Origin: Thermoanaerobaculia bacterium
GTDB taxonomy: Bacteria; Acidobacteriota; Thermoanaerobaculia; Multivoradales; J023
Length of the DNA: 64,000 bases
Assembly (NCBI GenBank): GCA_036397835.1
Contig: DASWIG010000794.1
Coordinates: 9,698 to 73,697 of the forward strand
Reading direction: 5' to 3'
The position numbers and the translations under genes are program-made. Under the pieces are notes generated by a model that saw only the letters and a list, made by a program, of their open reading frames with translations, made no database searches and was not told the DNA's origin. The stretch's first letter is position 1. Each line of letters starts with the position of its first letter. Positions 19,501 to 29,500 of this stretch are shown in pieces.

Positions 19501-20525
19501 ACCACCATCTCCGCGCAGCGTTCCACGCACAGACCTACCGCCGACTCTCCATCTCCAGTCACCCCCAGTCGCCGCAGGCGGTGCCCAAGCTGGTTCGACC
19601 GGCGGTCCAGCTCGCGGTAGCTGAGCTGTTGCTCGCCGTACGCCGTCGCGATCGCCTCCGGACGCCTCGCTGCCTGCTGCTCGAACAGCTCGTGGAGACC
19701 CATTTCCCCGGGATAGTCCGTAGCCGTGTCGTTCCACTCTCCCCAGAGCTGCCACCGCTCCGCCGCGCTCAGCATCTCTATCTCCCTGAGCGCGACCCCC
19801 GGCTGCCCCAGGGCGCTTCCCAGCGCGGTGAGCACATGGCGTCCGAACCGCTCTATGGTCGACCGGTCGTACAGCTCCGCCGCGAAGCTCACCACCCCAC
19901 GCAGGCCCTCATCGAACCGCTCGAGACGCAGCGCCAGCTCGTGTCCCAACTCCGGCATCGACCCGTGAAGGCCCTCAAACGCCAGCGCAACCTGGAACAG
20001 CGGACACCCCTCGCTTCGCCCCTCCAGGCCCAGGTCGGTGAGCAGTCGAGCGAGGGGATAACGCTGCCGGGCGTAGGCCTCGAGCAAGGTCGTGCGGATC
20101 TGGAGCAGAAACTCCTGGAACGACCGACCCGGATCCACCACGTCGCGCAGGATGACCGCGTTCGGCGAGCCGGTAGCCCGCTCGCCATCGAGGCGAGGCG
20201 GGGTAGCGATGGTGACCGCCTGGCTCTCCGTGTAGCGGTGCAGCACCCACTTCAGCACCGCCATCAGCGTCGTCAGGATCAAGAAGGGCGAGTCGCGGGT
20301 CAGCTTCCGCAGGCGCTCCCAGAGCGCGCCGTCGATGTCGAGCGAGATTTCTCCGGCGCGCTCGCACCATCGCTTCTTGTGCGGGCGGTCGGGGCGCAGC
20401 CGCGCGATCTCCCGGTCTCCCGAAAACACCGCCAACCAGTAGTCCCGTTCCTCCAGGAGAGCGCGGTCGAGGACCACCAGGTCGGGCTTCTTCACGGGCT
20501 TGGAGGCTGTGATCACCTGTGCCAT
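10584..20525 (-). CDS. Non-ribosomal peptide synthetase, 3 modules plus thioesterase: (C-lobe remnant)-A-T-C-A(Gly)-T-C-A-T-TE
   Basis: Track ORF of 3313 aa. It has three A cores (LAYVTYTSGSTGRPKG, LAYQIYTSGSTGRPKG, PAYVIYTSGSTGNPKG), three T domains (GAHSL/GGHSL) and two full C domains (HHIASDAWS, HHIASDGWS). The TE carries GGWSVGG and GDHFSF. Confidence 0.95.
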   Translation of the reverse strand: MAQVITASKPVKKPDLVVLDRALLEERDYWLAVFSGDREIARLRPDRPHKKRWCERAGEISLDIDGALWERLRKLTRDSPFLILTTLMAVLKWVLHRYTESQAVTIATPPRLDGERATGSPNAVILRDVVDPGRSFQEFLLQIRTTLLEAYARQRYPLARLLTDLGLEGRSEGCPLFQVALAFEGLHGSMPELGHELALRLERFDEGLRGVVSFAAELYDRSTIERFGRHVLTALGSALGQPGVALREIEMLSAAERWQLWGEWNDTATDYPGEMGLHELFEQQAARRPEAIATAYGEQQLSYRELDRRSNQLGHRLRRLGVTGDGESAVGLCVERCAEMVVASLAILKAGGAYVPIDPTYPPERVAFMLDDTRIDVVVASRDRADLAHRESRLEELPAHHPLRAVQVVIVGGSGRAMAEECETSLGSPGGGNRLAYVTYTSGSTGRPKGVAIAHRGVVRLVRNTDYLRLGPGSRVAQASTTSFDAATFEIWGALLNGGRLEGLAKDEVLSAGKLRQEIGRRRIGAMFLTTALFNQLSQEEGGSFRSLEHLLFGGEAVDPTQVRTVLEGEGRKGGFQGRLLHVYGPTESTTFTTWHRPRRVGRGAHTVPIGRPIANTKVYLVDRGDRPVPVGVVGHLCVGGDGLARGYNNRPGLTAAVFTPHVRSSRPGARLYRSGDLARYRADGAVEFVGRIDQQVKVRGFRIEPGEIEAVLGGASGVRESVVVMREDTPGDKRLVAYVVPEPGTELSHEEVRGFLKARLPAYMIPAAVVELSALPLNANGKVDRQVLPAPGENVDETLIAAPRSPVEEVVAGIYAEVLGREEVGVHDDFFEDLGAHSLLATRVISRLRRVFALELPLHTIFEEPTVAGLSATIERGLRAGRMVEAPPLEPVSRDQALQLSFAQERLWFMAQLEPDSPAYNVPTPLRLEGPLDAAALRRSLSEVVRRHEVLRTSFSARGGEVVQVIAAPEEVALPVVDLGGLGEEAVSRELGRLARGEALRPFDLARGPILRVTLVRLGPQAHAVLATLHHIASDAWSLGIMTREIATLYGALVEGRPSPLPELGIQYADFAAWQRGWLREGALETELTYWRRQLQGSPALLQLPTDRPRPAVQTYRGTSRPFALPAGLSAELGALGRREGATLFMTSLAAFQVLLSRYTGQDAISVGTPIAGRNRVEVEALIGFFLNTLVLRVDLRGDPEFRDLLARVREVSLAAHAHQDLPFEKLVESLEPERNLAHSPLFQALFTVQNAPAESLAVSRLRIQPLEVGTETAKFDLTVLMEEAEEGLRGAVEYNTDLFDATTIGRLVEHFKHLLQGVVSQPRRRLSELELLGAGECSQLLREWNDTDSGGSREPWLPEWFAALAATTSDRVAVVCGEAQVSYRELDRRSSRLAHHLRRRSVGPEVAVAVCLERSPAMVVALLAVLKAGGFYVPLDPGYPDQRLALLLEEDAGVGLILTEERVIERSGRPALAAATAPRLCLDTAWEEIARESVEPPSRAVRPGQLAYQIYTSGSTGRPKGVQITHRALVNFLRSMSLQPGFTAGDVLLAVTTLSFDIAGLELYLPLAMGGRVELVGGTVAADGRQLLRRLATSKTTMMQATPATWRMLEAADWRGSPQLKILCGGEELTPGLAGRLLARGASLWNMYGPTETTIWSLVDRVSAETGTPVSIGRPIANTGAYVLDARGRPLPIGALGELLIGGAGLARGYFRRPAMTAEKFLPDDCSGQRGERLYRTGDRVRWRPDGDLEFWGRIDHQLKVRGFRIEPGEVEVALAQHPGIEEAVVMARHEGPGDFREAGGGGPISFRLVGYVTPSGQGVPASGELRHFLAERLPDYMVPSLFIELKSLPRLPNGKVDRGALPPPGDALSTPRGTFVAPRGPSEELLAEIWSDLLGIEGLGVYDNFFELGGHSLLATQMFSRVVRAFRIELPLRALFEAPTIAGLAARVNRAMESAEGWGPPPMVPAPRDGALGRKGLPLSFAQQRMWFLDQLEPGNPAYNVPAALRLEGPLRRRALQLSLSELVRRHEVLCTSYHSVDGEPVQVTAPPEPVPFPVVNLEQIPDRQRSHLMLRLARVEAQRPFDLVRGPVWRALLLRLGEEDHAMLVTLHHIASDGWSLGILMRELATLYGAFVEGRPSPLPELEIQYPDYATWQRGWLRGEVLAAQLDYWRKRLKGAPPLLQMPADRPRPAVQTHRGTTRTFVLPADLSAALLVLGRKEGATPFMTLLAAFQALLARYTSQDDISVGTPIAGRNRLEIEGLIGFFVNTLVLRTDLSGNPTFRSLLARVREIALEAHAHQELPFEKLVEELEPERSLAHSPLFQVMFLLENTPREAVEGTGLRISRLEAETMTANFDLTLAMTEEGEVLIGEVEYNTELFDSTTIQRFQGHLRSLLATVVSQPERHVFGLPLLAGAQRSQVVVEWNDTGKAYSRDRCIHELFEDQVARTPDQPAVEFGGARLTYRQLNERSNRLARHLQAVGAGPEVVVGICLERSLELVVGLFGILKSGAAYLPLDPSYPQERRAFMMHDAQASLLLTRRSLAKIRLPERVKVVLLSQDEATLRHESGESTLGRVGAENPAYVIYTSGSTGNPKGVLVAHGSLVNYIESRAEELALQPEDRMLQFASSSFDTSAEEIFSCLTRGARLVLRSESMPGSVAEFLRSCEELGLTVLDLPTAYWHEVTAALCTGCLGWPRCVRQVIIGGEAALPDRWAAWRNRVGREVRLFNTYGPTEATIVAIACELSRLSDPEAAGRAVPLGRAIANARVYPLDRELSAVPMGLAGELHIGGVPVARGYLHRPRLTAEKFIPDPIGDRPGGRLYKTGDLTRHRADGNLEFLGRVDDQVKVRGFRIELGEIAAVLGEHPAVREVEVLAPLDASGDRRLQAYLVTDSEVALSAGALDAALAGRLPDYMIPSVFVFLEALPRTPSGKLDRRALAGIKPEMAGGHGPTVAPRDALELKLVQIWEELLDTRPIGVTDDFFARGGHSLLAVRLMACLERRLGRALPVAALFQHSTVEALAAALRHETEPLAQSSLVALQPGGSATPFFCVHPVGGNVFCYVELARHLGPEQPFYALQALGLDGSQQPLSRVEEMAAHYLETIRGVQPQGPYLLGGWSVGGLIAFEMARQLQARGQEVGLLVLMDSRAQQPHDELEEGGDLEPLAIFALDLGLSLDRLALSAEELGRLSTDEKLALVLEEAKAAKKLPPEVGLPEARHLFRVFESTLIAEERYDPRPYPGQVYLFRARDGSGKETLSSDLGWGRYAQGGVTVEEISGDHFSFLQQPHVAQLAERLEVQIANRLGSNSRI
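10587..11410 (-). other. Thioesterase (TE) domain of the terminal NRPS
   Basis: 'PFFCVHPVGGNVFCY', the GxSxG motif 'GGWSVGG' (about 11150-11170), and 'ISGDHFSFLQ' at the C-terminus. Confidence 0.85.
14945..16490 (-). other. Adenylation domain, predicted Gly
   Basis: Specificity-lining residues read from SFDIAGLELY / MQATPATW / ILCGGEE / NMYGPTETTIWS give DILQLGMIWK. This is close to the classical Gly code DILQLGLIWK. Confidence 0.6.
19790..20525 (-). other. N-terminal remnant corresponding only to the C-terminal lobe of a condensation domain (about 245 aa, no HHxxxDG)
   Basis: The protein starts MAQVITASKPVKKPDLVVLDRALLEERDYWLAVFSG.. and runs straight into '..REIEMLSAAERWQLWGEWNDT' (the C-A linker). 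Motifs C1-C3 are absent. Confidence 0.6.
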
Positions 20526-20548
20526 CTAGGAAGGACCTCACTCGTTTC

Positions 20549-23500
20549 TCAAAGCTCAAAATCGAACTCTTCGCTCTCGTCCTTCACGTCCGCCGAACTG
20601 GAACGACCCTCGGCCTCCCCACTTCCGAGCGGGATATCGAGGATGCGCCATTCTGGGTTGCCTCGGACTTCCTTCAGGATCGTCAGATAGTGCGCCAACA
20701 TCTGGGCGATGGTTGCCCGATCGAAAAGCTCGGTATCGTATTCCATGACTCCCGCGAGACCGCCTTCTATCTCGACCATGGAGAAGGCCAAGTCGAACCT
20801 CGAGGTTCCGCTATGGGCTTCCTCGACGGGTTCCAGGTGGAGGCCCGGCAGCTCCAGAGCCTCGGCCGCGACGTCCTGCAGACCGAAAGCCGCGCGAAAT
20901 ATCTGGGCGTCCTGCACGGTGCGGTCGGGCTGCAGCTCCTGAACCACCTTGTCGAAGGGCAGATCCTCGTAAGAATAGGCTTCGAAAGCCACCTCGCGAA
21001 CCCTCGAGATGAGCTCGCGGAAGCTCGGGTTTCCCGAAAGATCGGTGCGAAGCGCCAAGGTATTGACGAAAAAACCGATCAGGCCCTCGACCTCGCTCCG
21101 GTTGCGATTGGCGACGGCAGTTCCCACAACCAGGTCTTCTTGCCCGGTGTAGCGATAGAGCAGGGTATAGAACGACGCCAATAGAGTCGTGAACAGAGTC
21201 GTTCCCTCTTGCAGGCTCAACTGCCTGAGGCCCTCGGTCAGGGCCCTTGAAACGCCGGTGGGCTCTGCGCTGCCGCGCCACGATTTCACCACCGGACGGG
21301 GTCGGTCGGTCGGCAGCTTCAAGGTCGGCAACCCGCCAAGCTTCGTTTTCCAGTAAGCGAGCTGGCGTTCAAGGATCGCCCCACTGAGCCACCGGCGCTG
21401 CCAGACCGCGTAGTCCGCGTACTGAATCGGCAGCGGCGCAAGCTGCGGAGCCCGCCTTTCCACGAAGGCCCGGTAGAGCTCAGCCATCTCCCCGACGAAG
21501 ATGCCGTTCGACCAGCCGTCGGTGACAATGTGGTGCATGATCAAGAGCAGCACGTGCTCCTCGGTGTCGAGCCAAAGCAGAGTCGAGCGCAGCAGCGGAC
21601 CCTTCTCGAGGTCGAAAAGCCGCCGTGACTCGAGAATGGTCAGCCGCGACGTTTCCGACTGACGTGCAGCGGACGGCAGTTGCCGCAGATCGATCAGCGG
21701 TAGCTCGAGCTCGAGCTCCGCCGCAATCTGCTGAACTGGTCCGATATCCATCTCCGGAAACGTGGTACGCAAGGCCTCGTGGCGTGCGAAGACGCCGTTG
21801 AGGCTTCCTTTGAGAGCGGCGACGTGGAGCTGCCCCTTCAGGCGGACGGCGGTGGGCAGGTTGTAGATCGCCGCCTCCGGCGCCAGTTGATGGTGGAACC
21901 AAAGGCGCTGCTGTGCAAACGAGAGGGGCAGATCGCCATCACGTGGGGCCGGCTCGAGAGGGGGTGGTGCGCCCAAGGTGGGAGCCGCCTGCATCGCTTC
22001 CTCGACCCTGGCTGCAAGACCCGCCACCGTCGGGGCCTGAAAAACGGCGCGCAATGCCAACTCGACGCCGAAAGCTTGCTGTAGCCGGAAGATCACCTGG
22101 GTTGCCAACAAGGACTGGCCGCCGAGCTCGAAGAAGTTGTCATTCCTGCCCACCCGTTCCAGACCCAAGAGCTCGGTCCAGATTTCCGTCAGGATTTCTT
22201 CGCGTTCGTTGCGCGGGGCGACGAATTCGCTGCGAAGCTCGGGCCGCGAAGTGTCCGGGGCAGGCAAGGCGAGGCGATCGAGCTTGCCCTGGGGTGTCAG
22301 CGGAAAGGCGTCGAGAGGCACGAAGGTTGCGGGCACCATATGATCAGGCAGCCTGTCGGACAGGAACGACCGCAGGTCGGGGACAAGCCCATCGCGCACG
22401 GCCTCGGGCACCACGTAAGCCACGAGCCGTTTTTCGCCGGCCTGATCGGCGAGGGCCAGCACCACCGCCTCGCGCACCTCCGGGTGCTCGTTTAGCACGG
22501 CGCCGATCTCGCCGAGCTCGACGCGGAATCCGCGCAACTGGATCTGGTGATCGATGCGCCCCAGGAAATCGAGCTCGCCGTTGGCACGCCGGCGGGCCAG
22601 ATCGCCGGTGCGGTAGAGACGCGCGCCGGACTCTTCACTGAACGGATCTGGGACGAAGCGCTCGGCGGTCAGGGCCGGGCGACGAAGGTAGCCGCGGGCC
22701 AGGCCTGCTCCGGCGACGAAGATCTCTCCAGGCACGCCGATCGGTACCGGCTTCAGCCGGCGCTCGAGGAGGTAGATCCCGAGGTCGGAGAGCGCGACAC
22801 CGATCGGGCTGCTCCCGGCCTTTGCCGGGTCAGACCGGCTCAGGAGCCGGTAGGTGACGTGGACCGTCGTTTCGGTGATTCCGAACATGTTCACCATCTG
22901 CGGGCGCCGATCGCCGTGACGCCGAAACCACGGTGCCAGGATGGAAGGCTCCAGGGCCTCACCGCCGAAGATCACCAGGCGCAGAGGCAGCTCGGAAGAT
23001 CCCATGGCCCGCGTGGCCTGCTCCTCGATGACGACCAACTGACGAAAAGCCGACGGGGTCTGGTTGAGGACCGTGACCCTTTCCTGCACCAGCAGGGCGA
23101 GAAACTCCTCGGGAGCGCGGCGGCTGACATGGTAGGGCACCACCACCAACCGGCCGCCGTAAGCCAGAGCTCCCCACAGCTCCCAGACCGAGAAGTCGAA
23201 AGCGTAGGAGTGGAACAGAGTCCAGACGTCGCGGCCGTCGAATCGGAGATGGACCGAATCGGGAACGCGCTCGGCCGCCGCCAGCAGGCGGGTGACGTTC
23301 CTATGCGTCACCGCGGTCCCTTTGGGACGGCCGGTGGATCCTGAGGTGTAGATCACATAGGCTGCCTGATCCGAGTGCGGCCAGGTGCCGAGCTCGGAAG
23401 TAGGGCCGGCGCCGATCTGCGGCCAGTCACGATCCAGACAGAGCACCGGATGGCCCGCCACTCGATAGGCGGTAGGGACTCCTCCCATCTGTCGCTCGCA

Positions 23501-26500
23501 GGTCAGGAGGATCTCAGCCCCCGCGTCCTCCAGGGTAAAGGCCAGGCGCTCTGCGGGGTGCGACGGATCGAGCGGAAGGTAGGCGCTCCCCGCTTTGAGG
23601 ACGCCGAGGATCGCCACCACCATTTCCAACGAGCGGTCCAGCATCAGGGCGACGAGTCGCTCGGGGCCGGCACCCAGGGACCTTAGGAGACGGGCCAACC
23701 GCTCAGACCTGCGATCGAGCTCGCCATAGGTGAGCTGCAGCGTTCCCTGGTTGACCCCGACGGCCTCCGGGGTGCGCTCGACCTGAGCCGCGAACAGGGC
23801 CGGCAGGGAGGCGGCAGGGGCGTCGGTGCGCGCACCCCACTCCACCTGCAGTTGGCACCGCTGCGCCGATGTGAGCAGCGGCAGCTCGGTTATCCGCTGG
23901 CCGGGAGTCGAGCCCATCGCCCCGAGTAGGGCTTCGAAATGACCTTGCAAGCGGCCGACCGTGGTTCCGTCGAAAAGGTCGGTGTTGAACTCCAGACCGG
24001 CGGTGACGCCCTCCGGGGCCTCCCAAAGCGACAGCGTCAGGTCGAACTGCGTCGTTGCGTTGTCGATTTCCAGAGGGCTCATCGCCAGCCCGGGGATCTC
24101 CACAGCTCCCTGCGGCGCGTTCTGGAACACGAACATCACTTGGAAGAGCGGCGAGTAGGAAAGGTCGCGCTCCGGTTCCAGCTCCTCGACCAGCTTCTCG
24201 AACGGCAGGTCCTGGTGGGCGTAGCCCCCCAAGGTCGTCTCCCGCACCCGTCGAACGAGGGTGGAAAACTGGGGATCTCCCGCCAGATCGCTGCGGATGA
24301 CGAGGGTATTGACGAAAAAGCCGATCAGATCTTCGATCTCCCGTCGGTTGCGGCCCGCGATCGGCGTGCCGGTACTGACGTCGGTTTGGCCCGAGTAGCG
24401 GGAAAGCAGCACCTGAAACGCCGCCAACAGAGTCATGAATAGAGTCGCTCCCTCGCTGCGGGCGACCGCGCCCAAGAGCCCCCAAAGCTGTGCCGGGAGC
24501 TTGAAGAAGCGGACCTCCCCGCGGTAGCTCATCACCGCCGGCCGCGGCCGGTCAATGGGTAGCCGCAGGAGCGGTGGCGCACCCTCCAGCCGCTCGCGCC
24601 AATATGCGAGCTGAGCCTCCAGCGCCTCCTCCCGCAGCCAGCCGCGCTGCCAGACCGCGAAGTCCGCGTACTGGATCTCGAGCTCCGGCAGGGGAGAGGG
24701 CCGGCCGGCGATGAAAGCCGAGTAGAGGGTCGCAATCTCGCGGGTCAGCACTCCCATCGACCAGCCGTCGGAGACAATGTGGTGCATGTTGACGAGCAGG
24801 AGGTGCTCCGCAGGGGCGAGGCGAACCAGCGTCGTCCGCAGCAGCGGACCCATCACCAAGTCGAATGGATGGCGGACGTCCGCTGCCGCCAGCCGCAGCC
24901 CCTCGGCTTCGCGCGCCCGCGGGGGAAGCGTCGAGAGGTCCACCAGACTCAGATCCAGCGGCTCGGGTGGGTCGGCTTCTTGCACCGTCTCGCCGAGGAA
25001 CCAGGAAAAGCGGGTTCGCAGCACCTCGTGGCGGCGCACCACCTCGGAGAACGCTGCCGCGAGCACCAGGGGTTCCACCCTCCCCTTCGCCCGCAGGGAA
25101 ACCGGGATGTTGTACGCCGGGTTGTTCGGCTCCAACTGATCGAGGAACCACAGGCGCTGCTGAGCGAACGACAGCGGCAGCGGTTGATGCCGGGATACCC
25201 GGTTCATGGGGGGTAGCTCGAGCCCCTTCCCGGCATGCCGCAACGCCGAGACGGAGTCGGCCAAGTGCGCTACCGTCGGCTCCTCGAAGACTTCGTAGAG
25301 CGGGATCTCCACCGCGAAGACTTGACGCACCCGCGTGATCAACTGCGTCGCCAGCAGCGAATGCCCGCCGAGGTCGAAAAAATCGTCCTCGACACCCACC
25401 CGCTCGACGCCCAGAACTTCAGCCATGATCCCGGCTAGGAGCTCTTCCTCCGGCGTACGCGGGGCGACGTGCCCGGTTTCGTCGGCTGCGCTCTCAAAAT
25501 CCGGTAGGGCTTCGCGGTCCACCTTGCCGTTGGGGTTGAGCGGGAGCGCCTCGAGCCAGACAAAGGCCGACGGCACCATGTACTTGGGAAGAAAAGTCTC
25601 GAGCGCCGAGCGTAGCGTCTCGGCATCCTGGGAGGCTCCGGGCGCCGGGACCACATAGGCTACCAGCCGCTTTTCCCCGGACCGCTTCGACTCGGGGCCT
25701 TCCTCACGGACGACGACCACCGCTTCGCGCACTCCCGGCGCATTGCCCAGCGCCGCCTCGATTTCCCCCAGCTCGATGCGAAAACCCCGGACCTTGACCT
25801 GGTGATCGACTCGACCCACGAACTCGATCGCGCCGTCGGCGCGGGATCGCATCTTGTCTCCGGTCCGATAGAGGCGGTCACCGGGCCGCGAGCCGAATGG
25901 GTGAGGCGTGAAGACCTCCGCCGTCAACGCCGATCGGTTGTGGTATCCGCGGGCGAGACCGTCGCCGCCAATGCTCACCTGTCCCACCACTCCCAACGGC
26001 ACCGGCTCAACTCGGCGGTCGAGCACGTAGACCTCGGTGTTGGCGATCGGACGGCCGATCGGCACGGTGCGCGAATCCGAATTGACGTGCACGGTGCGGT
26101 GCCAGGTCGTGAAGGTGGTGCTTTCGGTGGGGCCGTAGACGTGAAGCAGCCGTAGCGGCGGGTCTCCTGCAAGCACCGCCCGCACCCGTGAGGGGTCGAC
26201 CGCCTCGCCCCCGAAAAGCAGATGTTCCTGCAAGGCGAAGGCGGCGTCATCCTCCTGTGACAGTTGATTGAACAGCGCCGTGGTGAGGAACATGGTGCTG
26301 ATCCGCTGTCGGCGGATCTCGGCCACCAGCTCGCCGGGGGCGAGGACCGCTTCCCTGGAGATCACCGCCAGCCGGGCACCGTGGAGCAGTGCCCCCCAGA
26401 TCTCGAAGGTGGCGGCGTCGAAGGAAGTGGTGGAGGCCTGGGCCACACCGTCCTCGGCCCCCAGGTGGATATAGTCGGTGTTCATCACCAGGCGGACCAC

Positions 26501-29500
26501 GCCTCGGTGGGGAATGGCCACTCCCTTGGGCGTTCCGGTCGAACCGGAAGTGTAGATCACGTAGGCCAGACGATCGCCGCCGGTCGCGATAGCCGGATTC
26601 TCTTCGCTCTTGCGCGCGATCGTCGCCCGGTCGCGGTCGATCAAGACCACCCGCACCGCGCGCCTTGGATGCTCCTGGGGAAGGATCGCGAGGAGGGACT
26701 CCTGCCCCACCACCACCTCCGCGCCCGAGTCCTCGAGCATGAAGGCGAGGCGCTCGGATGGATAGCCCGGATCGAGGGGAACGTAGGCGCCTCCCGCCTT
26801 CAGGATGGCGAGAAGAGCCACCGTCACCGCTGCGGATCGCTCCAGGAACAGGCCAATCCTAACCTCGGGAGCCACCTCCAACTGCCGGAGGTGATGGGCC
26901 AGACGGTTGGCTCGGCAATTGAGCTCGAGGTAGCTCAATTGCTCTGCGCCGAAGGCCACCGCGATCGCCTCAGGTGCGAGTTTCACCCGCTGCTCAAAGA
27001 GCTGATGGATGCCCAGCTCGGCCGGGTAGAGTGCAACGATGTCGTTCCACTCCCGGAGCAATTGCCCGCGCTCGCAGGCGGCCAAGAGCGGCAGGTGCGC
27101 AACGGGCTCCTCGGGCCTTTCGACGATTCCCTGCAGCAAGGTCTGGTAGTGCCGCAGCAGGCGAGTAATGGTGGTCGCATCGAAGAGATCACTACTGAAC
27201 TCGAACGCCGCCTGAATCTCTTTGGCCCCTTCAATCACTACGAGCGAGAGGTCGAAGGGCACCGCTCGGATCTCGAGCGAGAGCGGGCTCATCCTCAGAT
27301 CCGCAGTCGCCCACTGATCCTCCGGCGGCCGGTCGAGCACGAACGTCGCCTGGAATAGGGGCGAGTGGTAGAGGCTTCGCTCCGGCTCCAGCTCCACGAC
27401 CAGCTTCTCGAACGGCAGGTTCTGGTGGGAATGGGCATCGAGGGTCACCTCTCGAACCCGCGCCAGCAGGGTACGGGAATCCGGATCTCCGGACAGATCC
27501 GTGCGCATGACCAGGAGGTTCACGAACAATCCGAGCAGTCGCTCCACCTCCAGCCAGTTGCGACCCGCGAGCGCCGTCCCTACGCTGATGTCGTCCTGCC
27601 CCGAATAGCGGGCAAGCAGTGCTTGGTAGGCCGCCAGCAAAGTCATGAACAACGTCGCCTCCCCAGCCTGAGCCAACGCGTTGAGCGACTCCCACAACCT
27701 CGCCGACAGCCCGAGCGACCGGCGTGCGCCGCGATAGCTGCGCGTCATCGTCCGCGGTCGGTCGGTGGGGAGCTCCAAGAGCGGTGGGGCGCCAGCCAGC
27801 CGTTCTCGCCAGTAGGCGAGCTCGGCTTCGACCGTCTTTCCTCTAAGCCAGCGCCGTTGCCAGTGGGCGAAGTCGGCATACTGGATCGTCAGCTCCGGAA
27901 GCTGCGGAGCGCGACCGCGCAGAGCGGCCTCGTAGAGGATTGCCAGCTCGCGGTTCATCAGATTCTCCGACCAGCCGTCGAAAGCGACGTGATGAACCGC
28001 TCCCAGGATCACGTGGTCGGCGCCCCCGAGCCGCGTCACGAGGGTCCGCAGAACCGGACCACGAGCGAGGTCGAAGGGCCGGGACCACTCACGCCACGCC
28101 AGCCGCCGCACTTCGAGGGCGGCCCGAGGCTCCGGGAGCTCCTGGAGATCGACCAATGGCAGCGGCAGCGAGGCGGGCGGGGCGATCTCCTGCTTCGACG
28201 TTCCACCCCGCAACGGGAAGCTGGTGCGCAGCACTTCGTGCCGCTGCACCACCCGATCGAGGCTCGAAGACAGAGCTGCGATCGACAGCGGACCCTCGAA
28301 GCGCACGGCGATGGGCATGTTGTACGAGGGGCTGTCCGGCTCAAGCTGATGAAGGAACCACAGCCGTTCCTGGGCGAAGGAGAGGGGCAGTTGCCGGTCC
28401 CTGGCCACCGGCTCCAAGGCCGGCATCTCGGTGATTTGGGCGACCCGCATCGCCTCCTCGATCCGTGCCGCCAGAGCCGCCACGGTCTGCGCTTCGAACA
28501 GCGTCCGCAGCGGCACCTCCACGCGGAAGGACTGGCGCACCCGGGTCACGACCTTGGTCGCCAGCAGCGAGTGGCCGCCGAGCTCGAAGAAATTGTCGTG
28601 GAGACGGACCTGAGCGAGCCCGAGCACCTCCCTCCAGATCCTCGCCACGAGCTGCTCGACGGTCGTCGCGGGGACCGCCGGGTCGGCGATGAGGAAGGGC
28701 AAGGTCGGCGGGGCGTGGCGGGCCAGAGCTTTGCGGTCGACCTTCCCGTTGCGCGTCAGCGGCAAGGCGCCGAGGACGACGAAGACTGCCGGCACCATGT
28801 ACGCCGGCAAGGATCGTCGCAGGAAACGATGTAGCTCGCCAGGGGGGGGCTCGTGGCCACCGCGGGCGACGACATAGGCGACCAGTTGCTGTCCTCCGGA
28901 GCCATCGCTCCGGGCCACGACCACCGCACGCTCGACCGCCTCGTGGCGGCCGAGCGCCACCTCGATCTCGCCCAGCTCGATGCGGAAGCCCCGCACCTTG
29001 ACCTGGAAGTCGATGCGGCCCAGGAACACCAGGCTGCCGCCCGGGCGGGTGCGCGCCAGGTCGCCGGTGCGGTACAGACGCCCGCCCGCCGCTCCCCGGG
29101 CATGGGGCACGAAGACCCGGGCCGTGCGAGCCGGCTCGCGCCAGTAGCCTCGGCCGACGCCGATCCCGCCGACGCACAGCTCGCCTGGAACCCCAAGGGG
29201 CGTCGGAGTCAGACGGCGATCCAGCAACTCCAGGCGCAGGTTACGCAGCGGACGGCCGATGGAAATCTGTACGTCGCCGGCGTCCAGGTTGCGGATCACC
29301 TGATGGCTGACGTCGTCGGAACACTCGGTGGGGCCGTAAGCGTTGAGGAGCGGAATGTTCGGAAAGAGGCTAAGCCACCGGCGGGCGAGATCCTTCGGAA
29401 GGGACTCCCCGGTGGGAATCATCCAACGGAGAGCCGTGAGCCGTGGGCTCGACGGTCGCCGGTCCGCCACCTCCTCGAGGAGGAAGTGCAGTAGCGACGG

